A stretch of 64,000 bases of DNA from the human T2T-CHM13v2.0 reference genome, Homo sapiens: assembly GCF_009914755.1 (NCBI RefSeq), contig NC_060927.1; one strand, given 5' to 3'. Under the pieces are notes generated by a model. It was not told where the DNA came from. It did not search any database and saw only the letters and a program-made list of their open reading frames with translations. Shown piece by piece: positions 36,811-51,153 of this stretch; the first letter of the stretch is position 1; each line of letters begins with the position of its first letter. The translations under genes were made by a program, and so were the position numbers.

Positions 36811-37586
36811 TGGACTTTCCAATTTTGAAATTATGGATAAAGTCCTAAATTTTCTATAGTGGCTTCTTTTCTGTCTGCATATTTTGTTAAAATTGTGGAT
36901 CTAAAAGCCATATCCTGTCTTTGGTGGTGGCCTGGTAGGAATGGCTTGTCCTAGTTCTTCAAAGGTAAGATTGACCAAAGCAAGTTCTCATTGGTGGTCT
37001 GTGTTTACATCTTCCGTGTCAAGATATTTTAAAGCATGAAAATAAAGCCATTCTTGCCCTTTTTCGTGTGTTTGAAATGGTCGCATTGGTGTCATATTTA
37101 CATGAGAAAGTATCTTACGCAATTTTCCAAAGTAGAATTGTTAATGTTATTTAAGTACTTTTATAATCTTCCCACTGAAAAATATAGTTTCCCACTAACC
37201 TTATTTAGTCTTACTCATTTATTTAGTCTTACTCATTTTGATGTTCTATTAAGTATTGAAACTTCTTGGTTGAAAGGCTGTGACAGGCAAACGAATGTAG
37301 CTAAGAGAAAAGCTGTCATCCAAGAGCTTGCACAAAGTTAAATAACCTTGATAAATCTACCATACTATATAGTAAGGTTCCCATACTCAAGAGTCTTGTG
37401 GGTCCCCCAGTATTCTTAGTCATATCCCAAAGTTGTTATGGCTTGGGAAGGCTGGTATTAATCAAATGCACAAGAACATGATTTATAACCAATTTATAAA
37501 TATAATTTACAAGTCATTATGACCATTTTTTTTTGTAGCCAAATCTGCACCTGAAGCTGCTGATTTAGAGTCAGAAGTCACTGAGG

Positions 37587-37954
<368 letters not shown>

Positions 37955-38129
37955 CTAATTCCTTGCCATAGTAGAACCCAGAAGCTCTGAGCTGTGTGCC
38001 AGGAGATACCTCCCTGGTCAGTACTTAGTACCAGAGTTTTCCCTAGATTCTTTAATTTTAGTAAATGTGCTCACATTGAGTCAATCCTTACATAACTGGG
38101 TATGTTATTTCCAGCCCAAGGAATGTTTA

Positions 38130-40250
38130 TTTTTAAAAATATTTTTAATTATCCATAATTTCAGACTTACAAAATGTCGCAAGTATTCCCGGATACCATT
38201 TACCTAGATTTGCCAAATGTAAACAATTTGCCTCATTTGCTTTCTTTCCCCTTCTCACTAATAATTTTTTCCTCAACATTTAAGAGTAAAATGCAGACAT
38301 GATGCTTATTTATCCTTTAAATATTTCAGCATTCCCCCCCCGCTCAAAAAACAAGGAATTCTCGAATCACAGTGTAGTGATCACTATCAGAAAATTAACA
38401 TTGACACAAAACTGTTATCTAATTGATAGGCCGTATTAAGATGTCAGTAATCTCAATAAAGTCCTTCATAAAAATAGTAAATCTAAGATTCTGTGTTGTG
38501 TTAGGTTTTCATATCTCTTCAGTCTTCTTTAATCTGGACTAGTTCTGAGTGTAATGTTTTATGTAATTGACATTTTTGAAGAGTCCAAGCCAGTTGTTTT
38601 GTAGAGTGACCTCAGTTTGGGTTTGTCTGATGTTTTCTCAAGATTAATTTTAGGTTATGTCCTTTTGGCAGGACTATGCCAGGAGTGATGCCAAATTCTC
38701 AATGCATAGTATCAGGAAGCGTGTGCTGTTGATTAGTCCAGATGTTCCCAAACTTGGTTATTTGTTGGTTTTCTGTTGTAAGGAAGAGCTATCTCTTTTT
38801 TCATATATTTGCTTATTCAGTTGTTTTTCATGTCATTGTGGACTCTTGAATTTTTACTTTAATACAGTGGGATCTAGCCCTTTGCAATAGTTATTTTTAC
38901 TTGATTTTTTAAAAATTTATTTTCAGTGTACAGTGAAATTTCTCTTTGATGTACAGATCTATGACTTTTAACACATAGATCATGTAATTACCACAGTCGA
39001 ATTATAGAACAGTTCTATCACATCCACCCCAAAAAAATTCCATGTTTTTTTTTTGTTTTGTTTTGTTTTCAAATCCTCCCATCCCTAACCCCTGGCAACT
39101 TCTGATCTGTTTTCTAACTTCATAGTTTGCTTTGTCCAAAATATATAAATGAAATCATGCAGTATGTAGCCTTTTAAGTCTGGTTTCTTTCACTCAGCAT
39201 GGTGCACTTGAGATTCATCTAAGGTGTTGTGTTCAAAGTGGGTTCCTTTTTGTTACTGAGTAATGCATTATCAATATCACAGTTTATTCATTCCTATGTT
39301 GAGGTATGTTTGAGTTTCTAGTATTTGCTGATTAGTGGTAAAGCTGCTGTGAACATTTCCGTACAGCTTTTTATTTTACTTGGGTAAATAACCAGGAGTG
39401 AGATTGTTGCATCCTATATTTAACTTTGTAAAAACCTGTCAAACTATTTCCAAAGTGGCTTGTGCCATTGTGCTTTCCCACCAGCAGTGTATGAGATTTT
39501 CACTTACTCTGCATTCTTGTCATATTTTGATATTGTCAGTTTAAAAAAGCCATCCAGATAGGTGGATGGTGGTTTCTTTTTGTGATTTTAATTTGCCTTT
39601 CCCTAATGGCTAATAATACTGAACATCTTTTCATGTGCTTATTTGTTATGTATATCTTTTTATCAGTAAAACGGCTGTTCACATCTTTCATCTATTTTTA
39701 AGAATTGGGTTGTGTTTTAGTTGGGGTTGCTATAACAGAATACCATAGACTAGGCAGCTGAATAAAAAAGCAAACCTTCTTTTCACAGTTCTGGAGGCTA
39801 GGAAGTCAGATCAGGGTGCTAACTAGCATGGTCAGATTCTGGTGAGAGCCCTCTTCCTGGTTTGCACATACATGGCTGTCTTCTTGCCATCTTCTCACAT
39901 AGCAGAGTGAGAGCTCTCTAGTATCTCTTACCTCTTCATAAGAGCACTCATCCCATCAATAAGGGCTCCACTTATGACCTAATTACCTCTTAAATGACCC
40001 ACCTCCTAATGCCATCACATTAGGGATTAGGGTGTCAACAGATGAATTTTGGGGCACCATAAACATGCAGTCCATAGCAGGTTGGTTGTTTTCTTGTTTT
40101 TTATTTTGATGTTCATATTGTTCCAGACTTGGCCAGTGGGTACCCCTCCAAGCTGGGGCTTACGTCCTTTGGACAGGTGCTTCTCTGTATTTGATCTTGT
40201 TCTTATGCTGATATAACTTTTTGGGCAGGATTTGAATTTTTCTTGTTCAG
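38130..40250 (-). mobile_element. Nested old L1MC/L1MB 3' fragments with an MLT1A-like LTR at ~39710-40080
   Basis: CCCCTGGCAAC..GATCTGTTTTCT, CAAAGTGGCT..CCCACCAGCAGTGTATGAG (L1); ATAACAGAATACCATAGACT..CACAGTTCTGGAGGCT..TGACCTAATTACCTC (MaLR). Confidence 0.8.
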
Positions 40251-41289
40251 GCCCCACATATAATCTACTCTTAGCTTATTTTGCATCATGAGGAACCAAT
40301 GTACTTAAAAATAGGGCAGTTTGAGTTGAGTCATCTGTGATTTAAGGAATCATGAAATGGCTTCATAAAAAACACTGATGTCAGTGTTATGTATTCTCAG
40401 CTTATCAGTTCTGTCACATGTTGAAATAACTTGATCAGTGGGGTAGTGAGCCTTGATGACAGCAAGAAATCAGTCTAGGTATCTTTCTGTACTCAAAATA
40501 ATGTGATAAGAAAATTGAATTTTAGTTGATTGACTTGATACATTTTGAAAACTGTGTTATTGTCTAGGGAAGAGACATGATTCAGGGTGACAAAACAAGA
40601 TCTGTAATAATTAAAGGTTATTTGGAATAGGTTGGGCAGCCACTATGTTTCTGTAGCAATGTTGCTTGTATTGTTTTATCTGATGGCAATTTTATTTTGT
40701 TTTTGTTGGAGTCAGCACTGCAGTGGTGCCTGTCACACATTTTCCTTCTGAAACAGTTTCGTATAAATAAGGTCTTTATCACCTGCTTCACAGCATTTTT
40801 GTGAAGTACTTTAAGGTAAAATATGTACTAGAAATAGTTTATTAAGTGCTAGACAATTCTTGGGAGCTGTATGATGGAAATGAAAATGTTTTGGAATCAG
40901 CTTACCTGTCACTTATTAGCTATATGACTTAAACTTTCTGAACACCTATTTCTTCAGTTTGTTAAAAGGACATAATACTGTTGACTACATAAAGGATTGC
41001 TAAAATTCTTAGCATAGTCAGTATGCAACAAATTGTAATTCAATAGTATCTGCTTTCAAAATTTATAAACAGTTTTAGTGTTTAGTATTTAAACAAGTTG
41101 AGAAATGACTTGTTTCTTGTTGCATTTTGTATGCCTACACTTTTTAGAGCAGCATAGAGTCATAGAGTTTGTTCTAGAAAATTCATATGGTATAGGGAAC
41201 CATAAAGACAAATGTAGGAATTACCCATAATCCTACCACAGGGATTCACTGTTAACATTTTGTCATTGCTAACATTTTGATACTTTTCT

Positions 41290-43782
41290 TTTTTAATAGG
41301 CTTTATTTTCTATTTAGTTTTACACTTAACAGAAAAATTAAGAAAACACTGCAGGGAGTTCCCATATACTCCATACCCAGTTTTCCCTATTAACATTTTA
41401 TATCAGTATGATATAAAATATAATTATATGCTTGTTATAATGAGCCAATGTTGATACATTATTACTAACTAAAGTCCATATATTTAGAGTTCTTAGTTAT
41501 TATCTAATTTTCTTTTCCAGGGCCCCATCCAGGGTACCACATTGCATTTAGTTGTCATGTTTCCTTATGCTCCTCTTGGTAGTGGCAGTTTCTCAGATTT
41601 CCTTTGTTTTTGATGATCTTAACAGTTTTGAGGAATACTGCTCAGTTATTTTATAGGATGCCCTGCTACTGGAATTTGTCTGATGTTTTTCTCATGATAA
41701 GATTGGGGCTATAGGTTATTGGGAGAAAAACTGCAGAGGCAAAGTACCATTTTCATGACATAATTTCAGTGGTGCTTACTATCAATATGATTTCTCACTG
41801 TTGATGTTGATCTTGATCACCTGACTGAGGTAGAGTTTGTCAGGTTTCTCCACTGTAAAGTTACTCTTTTCCCCCTTTCTTTACTGTACACTTTGGAAGG
41901 AAGTCACTGCACAGCCCACGCCTAAGAGGTAGTGAGTTACACTGCCCCTCCTTAAGCATGGGATATCTATGTAAATTATTTGGAATTCTCCTGGATGGGA
42001 CATTTGTCTCTTTTTAATTTACTAATTATTTCAATCATGTTTGGCCATATGGAGTCATGAATACTTATTTTATACTTGGTGTTATAATCTGATACTATTT
42101 TAATTATTTTGTTCGAATTGTTCTAGCTTTGGCCATTGGGAGCTCTTTCAGTTGTCTCCTTTGGGTGTATGGTCCTTTGACAAACCCCCATCATTGTGTT
42201 ATGGTGTGTGTGTGTTTGAGCATTTCCTTACATTCTGGTACTATAAGGTGTTACAGACTCATCTTGTATATTTATTGCCCTAGAATTGGTCATTTTTTTC
42301 TAGGAGCTCTGGTTTTATTTATTGGAGAATGGTTTTAGAAACCAACATCTAGGTGCTCAGTATGCTTGCTGCTACTGAGGTCATTTCATTTAGTTCCTCT
42401 CAACTGACAGAGTAAAAAAAATGCTGTTTTACTAACCTATGTATTTATATATATTTATAAATACTTCTATATGTACCAAATCTATCTACACTAAAGTACA
42501 CATGAAGTCATACTGATGTCTCCAATTATAATTAATTACTGCATGGGTCAGTCTAGCTTCCTGTCCTTGTTTATCTGTGAACTCCCATTCCAACAGTGTA
42601 AAACCTGATTTCCACCATCTGCCACCCATTTACTTAATTATTACATTCCAGTATACAAGTATAGTAGTACAAGAATTATTAATCTGCATCCTGTAAAAAA
42701 TAACTTTGTTAACTACAGTAAATGTTTTATGTGCAGTTCCCTTTTGCCCTTAGTCTTTCAGACTGTACTCATTTCCAGAGTTATTTCGGTCAGCACCTTT
42801 AATGCAATTGTTTCATATACTTGTAAAAGAGTTAGTCTTATCATAGTCTTCATTTCTTCCTGGGATCACCTGACCTCCTAAATGACTTTTTTAAATTTAC
42901 TTTTTGTGTTGTAAATTTCTACAGTTTTGACAGATGGGTAATGTCTTGTATCTGCATTACAGTGTTAGAATTTTACCGCCCTAAAAATCACCTGTGTTTC
43001 CCCTATTCATCCTAAACCCTAAACTCTTAGCAACCACTAATCATTTTACTGTCTCTATAGTTTTGCCTTTTTCAGAATGTCGTATAATTGGAATCATATA
43101 ACATGTAGCTTTTCATACTGGGTTCTTTAACTTAGCAATGCATTTTTAATGTTGTATGTATTTTGTGGCTTGTTAGCTCATTTCTTTTTATTTGCTGAAT
43201 TATATTCTATAGTATGGATGTACCACAGTTTGTTTATCCATTCATCTATTGAAAGACATCTTGAGTACTTCCAGCTGTTGGTGATTATGAATAAAGTTGC
43301 TATAAATATTCATGGTCAGGTTTTCCTGTGAACTTAGGTTTTAAAATCAATTGGATAAGCACCTAGAATCATGATTGCTGGATCTTATGGTAAGATTGTT
43401 TAGCTTTGGAAGACACTACCAAACTGTCTTCCAAAGTGGCTGTATCCTTTTGCATTACCACTTTCAATGAATGAGTGTTCCTGTTGCTCTGCATCCTTGT
43501 CAGCATTTGGTAGTGTCAGTTGTTTATAGATTTTAGCCATTCAAATAGGTGTGCAGTAGTATCTCATTGCTGTTTTCATTTGCAGTTCCCCGATGACAAC
43601 TGATGATAAACATCTTTTCATATGCTTATTTGCCACCTGTATATCTTGGTGATGTGTCGGTCCAGATTTTTGCCCATTTTTAAATTGGGTTGTTTTCTTG
43701 TTATTTTAAGATGTGTATTTTAGATGATAGTCCTTTGTTAATATGTATTTTACAACTATTTTCTCCCAGTCTATGGCTTGCC

Positions 43783-43785
<3 letters not shown>
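41290..43785 (-). mobile_element. Old L1 (L1MC/MD-like) 3' region
   Basis: Antisense L1 3'UTR/ORF2-end motifs, e.g. GGATGTACCACAGTTTGTTTATCCATTCA and CCAAACTGTCTTCCAAAGTGGCTGTA. Confidence 0.85.

Positions 43786-43786
<1 letters not shown>

Positions 43787-43833
<47 letters not shown>
43787..43833. repeat. (TA)~23 microsatellite
   Basis: Uninterrupted TA run directly 5' of an Alu. Confidence 0.97.
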
Positions 43834-44140
<307 letters not shown>

Positions 44141-44574
44141 ATAATACTAATATATATGAAAATAATTTATGTATGTGAATTATTTATATGTAATATATAT
44201 ACTTACAGATGATTATATAGTGGTGAGCTCATACTGTATATACAGTTTTTGTGCCTTCTTTATTATTATAAAATAAACGCTTTCAAAGCCATTAATTCTT
44301 TGTAAATACATTTAATAAAACAATATTCCACTAGTAGATTACAGAATATCCCCAATTCATCACTCTGCCCTGTGTCTGTGCCTTTTATCCTATAACTTAT
44401 AGTAGGATCAAATAAATATTTAAGGCTTTAGAGGTTATATGGTCTCTATCACAACTACTCAGCTCTCCTGTTGTGGCATGAAAGGGCCATAGACAATGTG
44501 TAAATGAGAGTGGCTGTGTCCTAATAAAACATTATTTTAAAAAACAGCAGGCCTGCTGACCCTGATGTCACTTT

Positions 44575-47500
44575 ATTTTTTGTTTTTAATTTTTAATTCT
44601 TATCTGTGGGTATATAATTGGTATATATATTTATGGAGTATATGAGATATTTTGATATGGACATACAATGTATAAAAATCACATGCGGGTAAGTGGGATA
44701 TCCATCACATCAAGCATTTATCCTTTGTGTTACAAACAATCCAATTATACTCTTGATTTTTTTTTCTTATTTCACTTAAAGTATCTTGGTTGTTTTAAAA
44801 TGTACAATTATTATTGACTATAGTCACCCTGTTATGCTATCAAATACTACATCTTATTCTCTTTTTTTGTACCCATTAAAACCATCCCCACTTCCCCCAA
44901 ACCTTCCCCACTACCCTTCCCAGCCTTTGGTAACCATCATTCTACTCTCTTATCTCTGTGAGTTCAGTGGTTTTAATTTTTAGCTCCCACAAATAAGTGA
45001 GAACATGTGAAGTGTGTCTTTCTGTGCCTAGCTTAGTTCACTTAACATAGTGATCTCCAGCTTCCTCCATGTTGTTGCAAATGACAGGATCTCATCCTTT
45101 TTATGGCTGAGTAGTACTCCATTGTGTATAAGTGCCACATTTTCTCTATCCATTCATCTGTTGATGGACACTTAGGTTGTTTCCAAATCTTGGCTGTTGT
45201 AAATAGTGCTGCAGTAAACGTGAGAATGCAGATATCCCTTCGATATACTGATTTCCTTTCTTTTGGGTATATACCTAGCAGTGGTATTATGGGATCAAAT
45301 GATAGCTCTGTTTTTAACTTTTTGAGGAACCATAGTGGTTGTACTAATTTACATTCCCAACAGCAGTGTACGAGGGTTCCCTTTTCTCCACAGCCTTGCC
45401 AGCATTTGTTATTGCCTGTCTTTTGGAAAAAAAGCTATTTTAACTGGAGTGAGATAGTATCTGATTGTAGTTTTGATTTGCATTTCTCTGATAATCAGTG
45501 ATGTTGAGCACCTTTTCACCTGTTTGCCATTTGTATATGAAATGTATATTGAGAAATGTCTATTCAAATCTTTGCCCATACTTTGATTGGATTATTAGAT
45601 TTTTTCCTATAGAGTTGTTTGAGCTCCTTATGTATTCTGGTTATTAATTCCAGAAGGATAGTTTGCAAATATATTCTCCCATTCTGTGGGTTTTGTCTTC
45701 ACTTCGTTGTTTTCTTTGCTGTGCAGAAGCTTTTTAATTTTATGTGATCTTATTTATCCATTTTTGTTTTGGTTGCCTGTACTTGTGAGGTATTACTCAA
45801 GAAATCTTTGCTCAGACCAATCTCCTGGAGAGATTCTCTCATGTTTTCTCTTATTAGTTTCATAGTTTGAGGTCTTAGATTTAAGTCTTCAATTCATTTT
45901 TTTAATTTTTGTATGTGGTAGGATGGGTCTAATTTCATTCTTCTGCATATTGATAATCCAGTTTTCCCAGCATTGGGGAAAGAAACTGTCCTTTCCCCAA
46001 TGTATGTGCTTGGCATCTTTGTCAAAAATGAGCTCATGGCGGATATATGGATTTATTTCTGGGTTCTCTTCTGTTTTATTGGTCTGTGTCTATTTTTATG
46101 CCAGTACCATGCTGTTTTGGTTACTATAGCTCTGTGGTATAATTTGAAGCAGGTAATGTGATTCCTCCAATTTTCTTCTTTTTGCTTCAGATAGCTTTGG
46201 CTATTCTGGGTCTTTTGTGGTTTCATGTAAATTTTAGGATTTTTTTTTCCATTTCTGTGAAGAATGTCATTGATACTTTGATAGGGATTGCATTGAATCT
46301 GTAAATTGCTTTGGGTAGTATAGACATTTTAACAATATTGATTCTTTTAATTAATGAACATGGGATATCTTTCTATTTTTTTGTGTCCTCTTCAATTTAC
46401 AAAGTACATCAACTTTTTATAGTTTTCATTGTAGAGATCTTTCACTTTGTTTAATTCCTAGGTATTTAATTTTATTTGTAGCTGTTGTAAATGAAATTAT
46501 TGATTTCCTTTTCAGATTATTGTTGGCTTATAGAAATGCTACTGATTTTTATATGTTGATTTTTTATCTTACAACTTTAGTGAATTTGTTAGTTAGTTCT
46601 AATAGTTTTTTGGTGGTCTTTAGGTTTTTCCGATTAAAATATCATATCATTGGCAAACAATGATAATTTGACTTCTTTCTTTCCAATTTGGATGTCCTTT
46701 ATTTCTTTCTCTTGCCTGATTGCTCCAGCTAGGACTTCCAGTGCTATGACAAATAACAGTGGTGAAAGTGAGCATCCTTGTGTTTCAGATCCTAGAGGAA
46801 AGGAAGGCTTTCAGTTTTTTCCCATTCAGCATGATACTAGTGGTGAGTCTATCATATATGGTTTTTATTATGTTGAGGCATGTTCTTTCTATACTCAATT
46901 TTTTTTAGGGTTTTTATCCTGAACAGATGTTGAGTTTTATCAAATGCTTGTTTTAGCATCAGTTGAAATGATCATTTGTTTTTGTCCTTCATTCTGTTAA
47001 CATGGGGTATCACGTTGATTGATTTGCATATGTTGAACTATTTTTGCAGCCCTGGGATAAATTCCATTTGGTCGTGATGAATGATCTTTTTAATATGTTG
47101 TTGAATTTTGTTTGCTAGTATTTTGTTGAGGATTTTTAGATCAATATTTATCAGTGATGCTGGCCTATAGTTTTTTTTTTCTTTTTATGTGTGTCTGGTT
47201 TTGGCATCAGAGTAATAATGGCCTCATAGGATCAGTTTGGAAGTATTCCCTCCTGCTTTATTTTTTAGAATAGTTTGAGTAGGATTGGTATTAGTTCTTC
47301 CTTAAATGTTTGCTAGAATTCAGCAGTGAAGCCATCAGGTCCCAGGCTTTTCTTTGCTGGGAGACTTTTTGGCTTTGATCTTGTTATTTTTTATATGTCT
47401 GTTCAGATTTTGGATTTCTTCATGGTTCAATCTTGCTAGGTTTTATGTGTCTAGGAATATATCCATTTCTTCTAGGTTTTCTCATTTATTGGCACATACT

Positions 47501-47790
47501 TGTTCATTGTAGTCTCTAATGATCCTTCTAATTTCTACAGTATTGGTTATAATGTCTCCTTTTTCACCTCTGATTTTATTTATTTGGGTCTTCTTTTTTT
47601 TTTCTTAGTCTGGCTAAAAGGTCACCAATTTTGTTTATCTTTTCAGAAAAACCAACCATTTGTTGATCTTTTGTATTTTATTTCAATTTCATTTATATCT
47701 GCTCTGATCTTTATTATTTCTTCTACTAATTTTTGATTTGGTTTGGTCTTGCTTTTCTAGTTCTTTAAGATGCATTGTTAGATTGTTTTC
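44575..47790 (-). mobile_element. 5'-truncated L1 (L1MA-like), ~3.2 kb
   Basis: Continuous antisense ORF2/3'UTR; minus-strand ORF 47689..47922 contains L1 ORF2 peptide NNLTMHLKELEKQ..KISRR; possible TSD CTGATGTCACTTT at ~44562 and ~47792. Confidence 0.92.
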
Positions 47791-47829
47791 TCTGATGTCA
47801 CTTTGTAGTGCCCTTTTACTTTTATTCTG

Positions 47830-48140
47830 ACCTTTGGAGATTAGAATGAGGTGTAAATTCTGAGCCTGAGCCTCAGAGATTGCATGTTTCCTCTCGGGCC
47901 TCTGCCATTGCTGTGAGCACATGTTTAGTTAAATCTGTTAGAGGAAGTGAGGGAGAACAAACCCAGGTTGCCGCACCTGAAGCCAGCTAACCCTCAGACA
48001 TGTAAGCAAGCACAGCTAAAATCAGTAGAGCTGCCTAGCCAAACCCCAACTCATCCCAGACACATGAGCAATAAACTTGTATGCCCCTGAGGATTTGTGG
48101 TTGATACAGAGCATTGTTGTGACATTAGACAGTTAATATT
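47830..48140 (+). mobile_element. MaLR LTR fragment (MLT1G/H-like)
   Basis: CATGAGCAATAAAC..ATGCCCCTGAGGATTTGTGGTTG..AGCATTGTTGTG end. Confidence 0.65.
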
Positions 48141-48880
48141 GTGACATACGAACACTGAATTAACAATTTTTGTGGCTGGGCATTTCTAGGTTTTTTCTTT
48201 TTCTTTTTTCCCATAAAAATTTGTTTCATTTCTCATTATTTTCTGAGAATATATATGTAAGGATGAATTTACTGTGTCAAAGAGCATATAAGAATCTCAG
48301 TACATAGAAAAATCCTTTTTAGAAAGGTCGTACCTACCATGTAATGCAGTTTATGAGATTGCCTCTTTTACAGTCTTACTGTTCTTGATGTTTGGTATGT
48401 TTTCTCTTTTAATGTTTTCTAGGCTCACTTTAGGTGAAGCCCAGTCTGTAGTGATCTGTTAGATGAACTTCTGTAGCAGTTACAATCTGTTCTACGTGGT
48501 TAGTTTTATAAACCTCCTGAGTTATTATCATTAACATTTTTATATGTATGTCTTTCTCTCCAACTAGGCTATATATTTCCTTAGGGCAGCACAAATATAG
48601 CACAATGCATAGGTCCTCAAGTATGTAGTTAGTAGTACAATCTGATTTGAGCTACAATTTTGAAAAATGAGTGGTCTTTTTGGGTGGGTATTGCTTTGCT
48701 TTAAATAACTCTTTGAGAGTCCACTCATGAAGCAAGAAGTCAAGCAGATTTTTAAGGCTTTGGAGAGGTGGTAAATAGAACTTATAGAGAGAGTTGTCCA
48801 TATTGGTCAAGACTTTATTTTGTTTGTAGAAGCCAAATGTGCATCTAATCCTATACATTGTTAAATTTTATGAGTAGTGC

Positions 48881-49404
48881 TGTGTCTGGAGTTGTTTCCT
48901 TCTGGTGGGTTCATGGTCTCGCTGACTTCAAGAATGGAGCCATGGACCTTCACAGTGAGTGTTACGGCTCTTAAAGATGGCACAGACCCAAAGAGTGAGC
49001 AAGATTTATTGTGAAGAGCAAAAGAATAAACCTTCTACAGCCTGGAAGAGGACCTGAGTGGGTTCTGGCTGCTGGCTGAGATGGCCAGCTTTTATTCCCA
49101 TATTTGTCCCCTCCTATGTCCTGTTTCTGTCCTATCAGAATGCCCTTTTCTCAATCCTCCTTGCGATTGGTTACTTTTAGAATCTTGCTGATTGGTCCAT
49201 TTTCCAGAGTGCTGATTGGTCCATTTTACAGAGCGTTGATTGGTGCATTTTACAAACCTCTTGCTAGCTACAGAGCACTGACTGGTGCGTTTTACAATCC
49301 TAGCTACAGAGCGCTGATTGGTGCGTTTTACAATCCTCTTGTAAGACAGAAAAGTTCTCCAAGTCCCCACTGGACCCAGGAAGTCCAGCTGGCTTCACCT
49401 CTCA
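48881..49404 (-). mobile_element. Solo ERV9-family LTR (LTR12F-like), 524 bp
   Basis: TG...CA termini, perfect 4-bp TSD GTGC, tandem GCTGATTGGT repeats characteristic of LTR12. Confidence 0.92.
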
Positions 49405-50605
49405 GTGCTAATTAGTCAACCACAGAAGTCTGATATTGTAGTATTAGCACAGACTGTTCAGTTTTAACACACAGTAAATTATTTTCTTCCTCCAGAGAAT
49501 TTTATTGTGTATAATGTCACATATGTTATTTATAAATAATCCTGTGGACAGACAACTACAAATGACCTATACAGAGAAGAAAAACTATTGGGAGATATTC
49601 AAGAACTAGAAAATATGTCTGGTAGTTTTCCTGTGTTTATGGATTTGGACCAGAATAATGCTAATGGGCTGACTACTCAACAAAGGACAAGATAAATCAG
49701 TGTACATGTGGATTCAAGAGTGTTCTATACTAAGAGAGTGCTGTAGAAGTCCCCATGGAATGTTACTAGATTCCTGGGATGATGATACTGAATAGTCTGG
49801 AATGTGGCATTCTTTGTCTCAAAGAGAGTCTTTAAAAAAATCTGTGTTCTGATGGTAGAGTTCCAATTTTGGCATTTTGCCTTCTGTGATAATAGATAGA
49901 CTTTGACTCTAGGTAAATTTGTGGTGGAGCAAAAGTTCGTTTGGGGTTGTTCCACTTACCCCTTACTCTTTGCCCTCCCTAGTCATGTTTGTCCTCTTTT
50001 CTTTCTTTATAGGCAATGGCCTGATACTCATAGTCAGGAATAAATAAATAGTTATGGTTTAAAATATTATTCTTGAGAGTATTTTCATCTTTGTCTGGGA
50101 ACAAACATGCTTATTTGTACTTGAGTTCTTGTCCTTCTACCATCATCACTGGAAAAACATCTCTGGGTAGTCACTGCCTCCCCAAACTGGACTCAGGATG
50201 GAACTTTTGAAGCAGTGTTACCTACCCCAAACAACTCAAACCCATAAGTATGAGAATAAATGATTATTTTAAGCCACTGAGTTTTGGGGGTGGTTTCTTA
50301 TGCAGCATTATTGGCAATAGCTGACTGATACTCTCTACATCTTTAAAATTCATTTCACTGTGCAACTTCTGATGGGTAATGCTTGCTCTGATTATAGAAG
50401 TAGGGCAACCCTCTTTCCCCAAACACCTACTAGGGTTAAAGTTCAGATGATAGTAGATGTACCCCTATCGATTCTTTTAAAGTAGCTTGACTTTTTCTGC
50501 TAGTGTTGTCTTGAGTGGGTTAGTTAATCCCCATACATTATTTCTACACATTACAGGTTTTACTGGTTTTAATAGTACTCTGGAAGGTGGCTTGAGGTGG
50601 AGGAG

Positions 50606-50982
50606 TGATATGGTTTGGGTCTGTGTCCCCACCCAAATCTCATGTTGAATTGTAATTCCTGATGTTGGGGAAGGGACATGGAGGGAGGTGATTGGATCAT
50701 GGGGGAATGGTTTCCCCTATGCTGTTCTTGTGATAGTAAGTGAGTTCTCATGAGATCTGACGGTTTTATAAGTGTTTGGCTCCTCCCCCACCCCATTCTG
50801 CCACCATGTAAAGAAGGTGCTTGCTTTCCCTTCGTCTTCTGCCATGATTGTAAATTTCCTGAGGCCTTCCAGTCATGCTTCCTGTTAAGCCTGTGAAACT
50901 ATGAGTCAATTAAACTTCTTTTCTTCATAAATTACCCAGTCTCAGATTTCTTTATAGCAGTGTGAAAACGGACTAATATACA
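50606..50982 (+). mobile_element. Solo MaLR LTR (THE1D/MSTA-like)
   Basis: TGATATGGTTTGG..CCCCACCCAAATCTCAT...GGACTAATATACA; 5-bp TSD AGGAG. Confidence 0.93.
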
Positions 50983-51153
50983 AGGAGGGATTGGGGAGGC
51001 TAAGAAGACATAACTCCAAGTGTTCTTAGTCTTACTTCAGGCTGGGCCGCCTCTTATTTCAGATATTGGCTTGTGGCAGTGTCAGTTTCCTAGTTTTGAT
51101 CCTGTACTATGTTATGTGAGATGTTACCATTGGGGGAGGCTGGGTGAAGACTA

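Noticed and set aside
45124-47736. Plus-strand ORFs of 62-125 aa
   Set aside because: Antisense translations of the L1MA element.
49165-49335. Regularly spaced GCTGATTGGT repeats resembling a CRISPR-like array
   Set aside because: These are the normal internal tandem repeats of LTR12; eukaryotic context, no unique spacers, no cas genes.
49560-49700. Short open stretch that looked protein-like (..GDIQELENMSGSFPVFMDLDQ..)
   Set aside because: No convincing splice sites or confident homology; possibly a decayed transposase remnant but unsupported.
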